This document shows positions 9,555 to 19,395 of a DNA stretch of 64,000 nt, in pieces. Position 1 is the stretch's first letter; each line of letters begins with the position of its first letter. Where the stretch lies: the NCBI GenBank assembly GCA_963798845.1, contig CAWCUS010000002.1:320001-384000 (forward strand), read 5' to 3'. The position numbers and the translations under genes are program-made. The notes below the pieces were generated by a model. That model was not told the DNA's origin. It ran no database searches and saw only the letters and a program-made list of their open reading frames with translations. The DNA comes from an uncultured Gemmatimonadales bacterium (GTDB lineage: Bacteria; Gemmatimonadota; Gemmatimonadetes; Longimicrobiales; RSA9).

Positions 9555-10946
9555 TTGACAAGGATTCCAAGACGACGTTGCGGCGTCGCCCGGCTCGCCA
9601 TTCCGTTCGCGTGCATCGCGCTGCTTCCTCCCACGGCCGCTTCCGCGCAGGAGCCGGCGAGGGAGCCGGCGCGGCAGGCGGTGATCGACTCGCTGCGGCG
9701 GGAAGTCGACCACGTCCGGGCGCAGATGGACAGCCTCACGCGTGTGGTGCGCGCGCTCCAGGCAGCGCCGCCGGCCGGGGCCGCGGAGGGCGGCCAGACA
9801 CCCGAGGACCCCCTGGCCGCGATCCGGTCCGCGGCCGCCGCGGCGGCCGGAGGCGCGCAGGACACCGCGGCCGCGGCTCCGGAGAAGGAGCCGGAGCAGC
9901 CGGAGTTCGTCGGCCGCCAGCGCAATCTCCAGGCGCTGAACCCGGAGCTGACGGTCACGGGTGACCTGTTCGGTTTCATGGACATGGACGATCCCGGGCA
10001 CCGGTCGTTCGTGGCGCGGGAGATCGAGGTAGGCTTCCAGTCAAGCCTCGACCCGTACGCGCTGGCCAAGGTCAACGTCAGCTTCGGCCAACCGGGTGGC
10101 GACCTGGCTCCGTTCGAGAACCCGGACGCGCCCGAAGAGGGGCCGGAAGTCTCGGCCGAGGAGGCGTACATCGAATGGACGGGGCTGCCGGGCGGCGTGA
10201 ACGTCATGCTCGGCCGCTTCCGCCAGCGCTTCGGTCAGCTCAACCGGTGGCACCCCCACGCCCTCCCCGGACAGAGCTTCCCGCTTCCCTACGTCGCCTT
10301 CTTCGGCGAGGAAGGGCTGGCGGAGACCGGCATCTCGGTGCACTGGCTCGTCCCGGTCACCGGCGCGGGCACGTGGGAAGTGTGGACGCAGCTCACGAAC
10401 AGTGGCAACGACGTCCTGTTCGGCGGCGCCAGCCGACCCGCGGCGCTCGCCCACCTGAACGCGTTCTGGGACCTGACTCGGTCCACGTACTTCGAGCTCG
10501 GGTTCACTGGCCTGGCCGGTCCCGACTGGGCCGGAGACCGCGACTTCGCGACCCGCGTGGGCGGCCTGGACTTCACCCTGAGCTGGAGGCCGCCGGAGCG
10601 CGGCCACTATCGCGAGCTGACCATCCGCGGCGGCGCGGTGCTGGGCGAGGTCGCCACCGGCGGCGCGCTGGAGCCCGACCCCGGCAGCGCCCGTGGCGCG
10701 TTCGCCAACGCCGAGTACCGCCTGAACCCGCGCTGGCTGGTCGGCGGGCGCTGGGGCTGGACCGAGGACCCGCTCGACCCATCGCGGTCGACCTGGCTCG
10801 CCGCGCCCACGCTCACGCTCTGGGAAAGCGAGTTCGTCCGCCTTCGCGCCGAGATGGACTTCCTGCACCGGCCCGAGGGCACGCTCCGTCAGCTCACGCT
10901 CCAGACCACGTTCGCCATGGGGCCCCACAAGCACGAGACCTACTGA
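9555..10946 (+). CDS. Outer-membrane beta-barrel receptor/porin associated with metal uptake
   Basis: GGAGGA RBS plus TTG 9555, signal peptide ending ASA|Q, coiled coil, NPELTVTGD, REIEVGFQSSLDPY, GQLNRWHPH, His-containing C-terminus GPHKHETY. Confidence 0.75.
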   Translation: MTRIPRRRCGVARLAIPFACIALLPPTAASAQEPAREPARQAVIDSLRREVDHVRAQMDSLTRVVRALQAAPPAGAAEGGQTPEDPLAAIRSAAAAAAGGAQDTAAAAPEKEPEQPEFVGRQRNLQALNPELTVTGDLFGFMDMDDPGHRSFVAREIEVGFQSSLDPYALAKVNVSFGQPGGDLAPFENPDAPEEGPEVSAEEAYIEWTGLPGGVNVMLGRFRQRFGQLNRWHPHALPGQSFPLPYVAFFGEEGLAETGISVHWLVPVTGAGTWEVWTQLTNSGNDVLFGGASRPAALAHLNAFWDLTRSTYFELGFTGLAGPDWAGDRDFATRVGGLDFTLSWRPPERGHYRELTIRGGAVLGEVATGGALEPDPGSARGAFANAEYRLNPRWLVGGRWGWTEDPLDPSRSTWLAAPTLTLWESEFVRLRAEMDFLHRPEGTLRQLTLQTTFAMGPHKHETY

Positions 10947-10965
10947 AGAACGGAGAAGTCAGACG

Positions 10966-12033
10966 ATGATGATCCTGAACCTGGCCATGGCGCTGGCCGT
11001 CACGCTGTCCCCGCCGCCCCAACAGGGCGCGGCCTCCCAACAGGGCCTGGCACCCCATGCTGGGGCCAGGCCCCTCCGCGTCGTCGCCACCCTCCCCGTC
11101 TACGCCGAGCTTGTGCGCACCATCGCCGGTGACGCGGCGGAGGTCACGGCCATCGCCGATCCCGCGGAGGACGCGCATTTCGTACGACCCAAGCCCAGCT
11201 TCGCGCTGCGGATCCGGCAGGCGGACGCGTTCGTGACCACGGGCCTCGACCTCGAGCTCTGGGTCCCGGCGCTCCTGGACAAGGCGGGGAACGCGAAGGT
11301 GAAGGAGGGTGGAACCGGCTACATCACGACGTATCCCGGGGTCAGGCTCCTGGACGTCCCGACGTCGCACGACCGGTCCCAGGGCGACATCCACATCTAC
11401 GGCAATCCGCACCTGTTCACGGACCCGCTGAACGTGCTCCAGATAGCCCGGAACATCACGGCGGGGCTGAAGAACGTTGACCCGCAGGACGCGGCCACGT
11501 TCGACGCCAACATGGCCGCGTACGCGGAACGGGTCTATCGGCGCCTGTATGGCGATGCGCTCGTTGAGCTGCTGGGCGGCCCGACGCTCGAGAAGCTGAG
11601 CCAGCAGGGCAGGCTCTTCGACTTCCTGTCCGGCCAGGAGTACGGGGGACAGCCGCTCACCGCGCAGCTCGGCGGGTGGCTGAAAGCCGCCGAGCCGTTC
11701 CGCGGCAGGAAGATCGTCTGCTACCACAAGAACTGGGCGTACTTCGAGAACCGGTTCGGCGTCACGTGCGCCGACTATGTCGAGGCCAAGCCAGGGATCC
11801 CGCCCACTCCCGGCCACGTCGGCGACCTCATCGACCTCATGAAGAACCAGGGAATCAACGTGCTTCTCGCCGCGAACTACTTCGACCCCGCGAAAGTGAA
11901 GGCGGTGGCCGCCCGCGCCGGCGGGAGCGCGGTCATCGTGCCGCTCCAGCCGGGCGGCCCGCGCGCCGCCACGTACTTCGACGTGGTGGACACGTGGGTC
12001 AACTCCCTGGCCGCCGCCTTCAGGGGGAGCTGA
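10966..12033 (+). CDS. Metal ABC transporter substrate-binding protein (ZnuA/TroA cluster A-I)
   Basis: VVATLPVY, EDAHF, GLDLELW, DIHIYGNPHLFTDP, YHKNWAYF and EAKPGIPPTPGH motifs. Confidence 0.9.
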   Translation: MMILNLAMALAVTLSPPPQQGAASQQGLAPHAGARPLRVVATLPVYAELVRTIAGDAAEVTAIADPAEDAHFVRPKPSFALRIRQADAFVTTGLDLELWVPALLDKAGNAKVKEGGTGYITTYPGVRLLDVPTSHDRSQGDIHIYGNPHLFTDPLNVLQIARNITAGLKNVDPQDAATFDANMAAYAERVYRRLYGDALVELLGGPTLEKLSQQGRLFDFLSGQEYGGQPLTAQLGGWLKAAEPFRGRKIVCYHKNWAYFENRFGVTCADYVEAKPGIPPTPGHVGDLIDLMKNQGINVLLAANYFDPAKVKAVAARAGGSAVIVPLQPGGPRAATYFDVVDTWVNSLAAAFRGS

Positions 12034-12036
12034 GCC

Positions 12037-12915
12037 ATGTTGTCGCTGATCCTCGCACCCCTCGCCGTCGGGCTGGTGATCGTGGCCATGAACGCGTATT
12101 TCGGGCTCCACATCATCCGCCGCGGCGTCATCTTCGTGGACCTGGCCTTCGCCCAGATCGCCGCGGTCGGAAGCACCATCGCGCTCCTGTTCGGCGCCCA
12201 CATCGGCACGCCGATCTCGTGGGCCCTCACCTTCCTGTTCACCCTGGTGGGGGCCGCGATCTTCAGCTTCACCCGCAGCGAGCAGGAGACGCTCGTGCCG
12301 CAGGAGGCGATCATCGGCATCGTCTACGTCGTGGCCTCCGCGACGGTGATCCTCCTCACCAGCTTCACGGCGGAAGGGGCTGAGCACGTGAAGGAGACAC
12401 TCACCGGCTCGCTCATCTGGGCGACGTGGGGCACGTTCGGCGTCGTCGCCGCGGCGTACGCCGCCATCGGCCTCTTCCACTTCTTCACGCGGGAGAAGAT
12501 GCGCGCGGTCACGTTCCACCCGGAGCGCGTGCGCCGGATTCGCTTGTGGGACTTCATCTTTTATCTCACTTTCGGCATCGCCATCACCTTCTCCGTGACA
12601 CTCGCGGGTGTTCTCCTCATCTTCAGCACGCTCGTGATCCCGTCGGTGATCGCGTTCACGTTCACCGGCCGTTTCAATCGAGCACTGTTGATCGCCTGGG
12701 CCAGCGGGGCCGTCGCCCTCGTGGCGGGGCTCCTCGGGTCCGTGTACTGGGACGTCACCACCGGGCCGCTGCTGGTGGTGGCGTTCGGCGTCGCGCTCGT
12801 CCTGGCCTTCGTGGCGAGGCCGCTGCTCGGCATTCAGAAGCCCGCGCCCCTCAGCCACCTGCGCGAGGAGCCGGGCCCCGTGATTCACCCGCGAGACCCT
12901 GTGAGTCAGACCTGA
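12037..12915 (+). CDS. Metal ABC transporter permease (ZnuB/ABC-3 family)
   Basis: GLHIIRRGVIFVDLAFAQIAAVG, QEAIIGIVY, GVLLIFSTLVIP, about 8 TM helices. Confidence 0.88.
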   Translation: MLSLILAPLAVGLVIVAMNAYFGLHIIRRGVIFVDLAFAQIAAVGSTIALLFGAHIGTPISWALTFLFTLVGAAIFSFTRSEQETLVPQEAIIGIVYVVASATVILLTSFTAEGAEHVKETLTGSLIWATWGTFGVVAAAYAAIGLFHFFTREKMRAVTFHPERVRRIRLWDFIFYLTFGIAITFSVTLAGVLLIFSTLVIPSVIAFTFTGRFNRALLIAWASGAVALVAGLLGSVYWDVTTGPLLVVAFGVALVLAFVARPLLGIQKPAPLSHLREEPGPVIHPRDPVSQT

Positions 12916-14411
12916 TGAACCAGACGCGATTCCTGCGGGCGGTGCTGCCCGCCCTCCTCGTCCTTCCGGCGACACTGGGCGTCGCCGGCACCGCGGCCGC
13001 CCAGAGCGGGGCCGCGACCCCGCCCCCGGCGACCGCCCCGGCCCCCCCAGCCGCCCCGGGGTCGGCGGCCGCGCGTGGGTCGGCCGTGGCCGCGGCTCCG
13101 ACAGCGCGGGCGACCGGCCTCGTCTCCGCGTACCAGGAGCCGGCCGACCGTCTCATCGACGCCGCGTTGAGGGACAGCGCCGCGTACGAGCGGCTGGGGG
13201 ACCTGGTCGACACGTTCGGCCCCCGTCTGAGCGGCTCGCGTGCGCTCGAGGACGCCATCGACTGGGTCATGGCGCGCATGAAGGAGGACGGGCTGGAGAA
13301 CGTGCACGGCGAGAAGGCGATGGTGCCGCACTGGGTTCGCGGAGAGGAATCGCTGCGCATGACGCAGCCCAGGGAGCGGGACCTGCCGATGCTCGGGCTC
13401 GGCGGCAGCATCGCCACGCCGCCCGGCGGGATCACGGCGCCCGTTCTCGTGGTCTCCAGCTTCGACGAGCTGCACCAGCGCGCGGCGGAGGCCAGAGGGA
13501 AGATCGTCCTCTTCGACGCCCCGTTCGTCACGTACGGCGAGACGGTCCGCTACCGGAGCGACGGGGCCGTGGAGGCGGCGAAAGCGGGCGCGGTGGCCAG
13601 CCTGATCCGGTCCGTGGCGTCGTTCTCGATGAACAGCCCTCATACGGGCGCCATGGACTACGAGGACAGCGTCACGAAGATCCCGCACGCTGCCATCACG
13701 GTGGAGGACGCCGAGATGCTGCACCGGATGCAGGAGCGAGGCGTCACCCCGGTGCTGCACCTGGAGATGAGCGCGGAGACGCTCCCCGACTCGCCGTCCC
13801 GCAACGTGATCGCCGAGATCCGGGGGCGGGAGAAGCCGGACGAGGTGGTGGTGGTGAGCGGGCACCTCGACTCGTGGGACGTGGGGCAGGGCGCGATGGA
13901 CGACGGGGGCGGGGTCGTCGCCGCGTGGCAGGCCGTGCGGCTCATGAAGGAGCTGGGCATGCGCCCGCGCCGGACCGTGCGTGTCGTCGCCTGGACCAAC
14001 GAGGAGAACGGGACCCGGGGCGGCCGCGCCTACGCCGCCGACCACGCCGATCAGGCCGGCAGCCACGTCCTCATGATCGAATCCGATGAGGGCGTTTTCC
14101 GCCCCGAGGGCTTCGGCTTCACCGGCTCCGATTCGGCGTTCCAGGTGGTGCAGGCCGTCGGCAGGCTCCTCGCCCGCATCGACGCCGGCGAGATCACCCG
14201 CGGCGGCGGCGGCGCCGACATCGGCCCGATGATGCGCCTCGGCGTTCCCGGCATGGGGCTCACGGTGGACGGCGAGAAGTACTTCTGGTACCACCACAGC
14301 GAAGCGGACACGCTCGACAAGCTGGATCCGGAGGAGATGGCCCGCTGCGTCGCGGCGCTGGCGGTCATGAGCTACGTCGTCGCGGACATGCCGGAGAAGC
14401 TGCCGCGGTGA
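12915..14411 (+). CDS. Secreted M28 zinc peptidase (carboxypeptidase Q-like)
   Basis: ATG overlaps the permease stop (TGATG). Signal peptide, GPRLSGS, SGHLDSWDVGQGAMDDGGG, TNEENG, ESDEG, YFWYHHSEADT. Confidence 0.92.
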   Translation: MNQTRFLRAVLPALLVLPATLGVAGTAAAQSGAATPPPATAPAPPAAPGSAAARGSAVAAAPTARATGLVSAYQEPADRLIDAALRDSAAYERLGDLVDTFGPRLSGSRALEDAIDWVMARMKEDGLENVHGEKAMVPHWVRGEESLRMTQPRERDLPMLGLGGSIATPPGGITAPVLVVSSFDELHQRAAEARGKIVLFDAPFVTYGETVRYRSDGAVEAAKAGAVASLIRSVASFSMNSPHTGAMDYEDSVTKIPHAAITVEDAEMLHRMQERGVTPVLHLEMSAETLPDSPSRNVIAEIRGREKPDEVVVVSGHLDSWDVGQGAMDDGGGVVAAWQAVRLMKELGMRPRRTVRVVAWTNEENGTRGGRAYAADHADQAGSHVLMIESDEGVFRPEGFGFTGSDSAFQVVQAVGRLLARIDAGEITRGGGGADIGPMMRLGVPGMGLTVDGEKYFWYHHSEADTLDKLDPEEMARCVAALAVMSYVVADMPEKLPR

Positions 14412-15343
14412 GGCGCGGCCAGGGGACCACGGCGGCCCTGACCCGCGGCCTGGCCGCCGCTCTTCTCGTCACGAGCGCGTGCGCCCCGCCGCGGGACGCG
14501 CCCGGCTCACCCGCGCCGTCGGCGCCCGCCGCGGCACCCGCGCAGGTGAACGGCGCGCTCGCGGCCGGCGACAGCGCCCCGGCGGCCGTCCTCCACCTCG
14601 AGCCGTACGTGGCCGGGGCCGGGCTCCTCACCCTGCCGGTGACCGTGGCGGACAGCGCCGCCCGCTTCCTTTTCGATACCGGCGGCGGTTTCACCGTGGT
14701 GACCCCGGCGGCGGCCGAGGGGATCGGCTGCGAGCCGTTCGGCGGCCTCACGGGCTTCCGCCACAACGGCGACACCGTGTCGGCGCGCCGCTGCCCCGCC
14801 GCGCGGCTGGAAGTGGACGGCTGGACGGCGCCCGCCGCCGAGGTCGCCGTGTACGATCTCGGAGCCCTCCTCCCGGCAGGGCTCCCACCGCTGGGCGGTC
14901 TCGTGGCGCTGAGCACGTTCGAGGGGCGCGCCATCACGCTGGAGCTCGGCCGTGGCCGGGTGGTGGTGGAGAGCGAGGCGTCGCTCGCGGGGCGCGTGAC
15001 GGACATGGTGGAGGTCCCCGTGCGGGAGGGGCGCCAGGCCGGGGGTGCGGCGCTGGATGTCTTCATCGCCTTCAGCGCCGGCGGCGGCCCCGTCTGGATG
15101 GAGCTGGACTCCGGCAACAACGGTCCGGTCATCATCAGCGCCGTCGCGGCCGCGCAGCTCGGCCTCGACCTCTCGCCCCGGCAGGCGCGCACGGTGACGC
15201 TGCACCTCCCCGGCTTCGGTCCGGTGGAGGTGGAGGCGGTCCAGGCCGACATCATCTACGACGGCCTCCTGAACGCCGACTTCGTCCGACAGCACCGCAT
15301 CACACTCGACCTCGCCCGCTCCCGCGCCTGGATCGCGCGCTGA
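14408..15343 (+). CDS. Lipoprotein with two retropepsin-like aspartyl protease domains
   Basis: Lipobox-like TSAC, FLFDTGGG and MELDSGNNG catalytic motifs, C-terminal DGLLNADF...ITLDL. Confidence 0.8.
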   Translation: MRRGQGTTAALTRGLAAALLVTSACAPPRDAPGSPAPSAPAAAPAQVNGALAAGDSAPAAVLHLEPYVAGAGLLTLPVTVADSAARFLFDTGGGFTVVTPAAAEGIGCEPFGGLTGFRHNGDTVSARRCPAARLEVDGWTAPAAEVAVYDLGALLPAGLPPLGGLVALSTFEGRAITLELGRGRVVVESEASLAGRVTDMVEVPVREGRQAGGAALDVFIAFSAGGGPVWMELDSGNNGPVIISAVAAAQLGLDLSPRQARTVTLHLPGFGPVEVEAVQADIIYDGLLNADFVRQHRITLDLARSRAWIAR

Positions 15344-15456
15344 TGCCGCGCCCGGGCCCGGAGCGGCGGACGTCGGCACGGCCCCTTGCCCGGGCGGCGG
15401 CGCCCCGTGACCTTTTGCGGTCTTCAGGCGAGGCGGAAGTGCGGAGGCGGTAGACC

Positions 15457-16872
15457 TTGGAAGTGACCAAGTCGCAGCGGAACAGGATCCTGGCCGTGCT
15501 GTTCACGGGCGTCCTCATGGGCGCCCTGGACATCGCCATCATCGGACCCGCGCTGCCCGCGGTGCGCGAGGCGTTCGGGATCGACGAGCGCGCGGCGGCG
15601 TGGATCCTGAGCATCTACGTCCTGTTCAACCTGGTCGGCACGCCGCTCATGGCGAAGCTGTCCGACCGCTACGGCCGGCGGGCCGTGTACGTGGCGGACG
15701 TCACCATCTTCGGCGCGGGCTCCCTGCTGGTGGCGCTGGCGCCCACGTTCGGCTGGGTGCTGACCGGTCGCGCGGTGCAGGGGCTCGGCGCGGGTGGCGT
15801 GTTCCCCGTCGCCAGCGCGGTGATCGGCGACGTATTCCCGCCCGAGAAGCGGGGCTCAGCGCTCGGTCTCATCGGCGCGGTCTTCGGCCTCGCCTTCCTC
15901 CTCGGCCCGATCCTCGGGGGCGTGCTCCTGCTCCTGAGCTGGCACTGGCTGTTCCTGGTCAACCTGCCCATCGCCGCCGCCGTGGTGGTGGGCGCCCTGC
16001 GCGTGCTGCCGTCCGCCGGCGCGGCCGAGCCGAGGCCGTTCGACTGGGCGGGGATGGCCGTCCTGGGCATCATGCTCGGCGCGTTCGCCTACGCGCTGAA
16101 CCGCCTCGACGCGGCGAACCTGGTGCAGAGCTTCGGCCGCCCGGATGTCTGGGTGTTCCTGGTCGTGGCCGTGGCGCTGGCGCTGGCCTTCCCGGCCATC
16201 GAGCGACGCGCCCACGATCCGGTCCTGCGGCCCGGGCTCTTTCGCTCCCGCCAGATCGTCATTGCCAGCGGGCTCTCGCTGGGCGCCGGGATGAGCGAGG
16301 CCTCGGTCGTGTTCGTGCCGGCGCTGCTGGTCGCCGCTTTCGGCGTGACGGTGTCGAAGGCGTCGTTCATGCTCCTGCCCATCGTCGTCGCCCTCGGGCT
16401 CGGCGCGCCCGCGTTCGGGCGGATGCTCGACCGGGCCGGGTCCCGGGCCGTGGTGGCCCTGTCCACCGCGCTCATCGGCGTGGGCATGGCGCTGGTGAGC
16501 GCGTTCACGGCCACGCTCTTCCTCTTCTACCTGGCCGGGGCGCTCATCGGCCTCGGCATGGCCGGGCTGCTCGGCTCCTCGCTCCGGTACGTCATGCTCA
16601 ACGAGGCGCCGGCGTCGGAGCGCGGCGCCGCACAGGGAATCCTCACGGTCTTCATCTCGGTCGGACAGCTGGTCGGGAGCGCGGTCCTCGGCGCGATCAT
16701 CGCCTCGCACGGCAGCGACACCGGCAGCTACGGCGCCGCATTCCTGCTCGTGGCCGTGGTCATGGCGGTGCTCACGGTGGCCGCCCTCGGCCTCCGCAGC
16801 CGCGCGGACGAACGGCGCCACATGGAGCGCCAGGGCGCAGACACCGCCGCCCCCGAAGCCGCCGCCCGCTGA
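15457..16872 (+). CDS. MFS drug:H+ antiporter (DHA2-like, 14 TMS)
   Basis: MGALDIAIIGPALP, AKLSDRYGRR motif A, GRAVQGLGAGG, GPILGG, WHWLFLVNLPI. Confidence 0.92.
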   Translation: MEVTKSQRNRILAVLFTGVLMGALDIAIIGPALPAVREAFGIDERAAAWILSIYVLFNLVGTPLMAKLSDRYGRRAVYVADVTIFGAGSLLVALAPTFGWVLTGRAVQGLGAGGVFPVASAVIGDVFPPEKRGSALGLIGAVFGLAFLLGPILGGVLLLLSWHWLFLVNLPIAAAVVVGALRVLPSAGAAEPRPFDWAGMAVLGIMLGAFAYALNRLDAANLVQSFGRPDVWVFLVVAVALALAFPAIERRAHDPVLRPGLFRSRQIVIASGLSLGAGMSEASVVFVPALLVAAFGVTVSKASFMLLPIVVALGLGAPAFGRMLDRAGSRAVVALSTALIGVGMALVSAFTATLFLFYLAGALIGLGMAGLLGSSLRYVMLNEAPASERGAAQGILTVFISVGQLVGSAVLGAIIASHGSDTGSYGAAFLLVAVVMAVLTVAALGLRSRADERRHMERQGADTAAPEAAAR

Positions 16873-16919
16873 TCGCGCGGGGAGCCACGCACGGGCCGGA
16901 AGCCCAATGCGCCCCGCGG

Positions 16920-16991
16920 GCGAGCCCCCGTCCCGCGGCGAGCCCGCGTCCCGCGGCGAGCCCGCGTCCCGCGGCGAAGCTGCGTCCCGCG
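16920..16991. repeat. 18-bp tandem repeat, 4 copies (GCGAGCCCGCGTCCCGCG)
   Basis: Copies at 16920, 16938, 16956 and 16974 (two exact, two with mismatches), between the convergent MFS and ettA genes. Confidence 0.85.
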
Positions 16992-17033
16992 GCGGCAGGC
17001 GCGAGCCCGCGCGAGGGCCGCAGGCCCGAGCCG

Positions 17034-18718
<1,685 letters not shown>

Positions 18719-18813
18719 GGCAATCCGGGTTCGGTCGGCTTCTACGAGTGCGGGAATCTAACCGGGGGGTGCGCCGTAGCGAAGGCGGGAGCCCGGGACT
18801 CATCCCCGTCCGG

Positions 18814-18829
18814 AGGCACGTTTGGTGCA
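18814..18829 (+). promoter_or_regulatory. Putative sigma-54 (-24/-12) promoter of the response regulator
   Basis: AGGCACGTTTGGTGCA: GG-N10-GC spacing with GGCACG core, about 40 bp before ATG 18868. Confidence 0.6.
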
Positions 18830-18867
18830 AACAGAAAGACCACTCAGGGAGCAGAAACGGAAGCACC

Positions 18868-19320
18868 ATGCATCACTTCAGCACTCCGCCCCGCGTCTTC
18901 GTCCCGCCTCCCGCCCGAAAAGAAGCCGGGCGACGCTCCCGTCAGCTGATCCTGGCCGTGGAAGACCAGCCAGATGACTGGCGGATCTACGGCAAGATGT
19001 TGTGGTACAACGGCTTCGATGTCCTGCACGCGACCACGGGCGAGCAGGGCGTACGGCTGGCGCTGGCGGCTCGCCCGGACCTGATCCTGGCCGACCTGAT
19101 GTTGCCGAACATGGATGGCATCGAGATGTGCCGGGCGCTCAAGCGGGATGCCCGGACCGCCCACATCCCGGTCGTCGTGCTCACTGCCCATTCCGACGAC
19201 GAGTACGGAGCCCCGGCGCGGGAAGCGGGCTGTGACCTGTTCCTGGAGAAGCTGGTCGGGCCCGTGCAGGTCCTCCACGTCGTGGAGGAGATGATCGGCC
19301 GCGCGCCTCCACAGGCGTAG
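18868..19320 (+). CDS. Single-domain response regulator (receiver only)
   Basis: [39 protein letters not shown]. Confidence 0.88.
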   Translation: MHHFSTPPRVFVPPPARKEAGRRSRQLILAVEDQPDDWRIYGKMLWYNGFDVLHATTGEQGVRLALAARPDLILADLMLPNMDGIEMCRALKRDARTAHIPVVVLTAHSDDEYGAPAREAGCDLFLEKLVGPVQVLHVVEEMIGRAPPQA

Positions 19321-19395
19321 AGGTCTTGCGGGGGAGGCGCCCGCCGCCCGGCGTCGGAAGTGAGGTCCGCTCTCCCCGCCGCAAGCGGGGCCGGC

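Noticed and set aside
15374..15390. CGGCACGGCCCCTTGC as a sigma-54 promoter for the MFS gene
   Set aside because: Spacing is GG-N11-GC rather than the strict N10
16920..16991. Tandem repeat as a CRISPR array
   Set aside because: The units are contiguous with no unique spacers, only 18 bp long, and there are no cas genes
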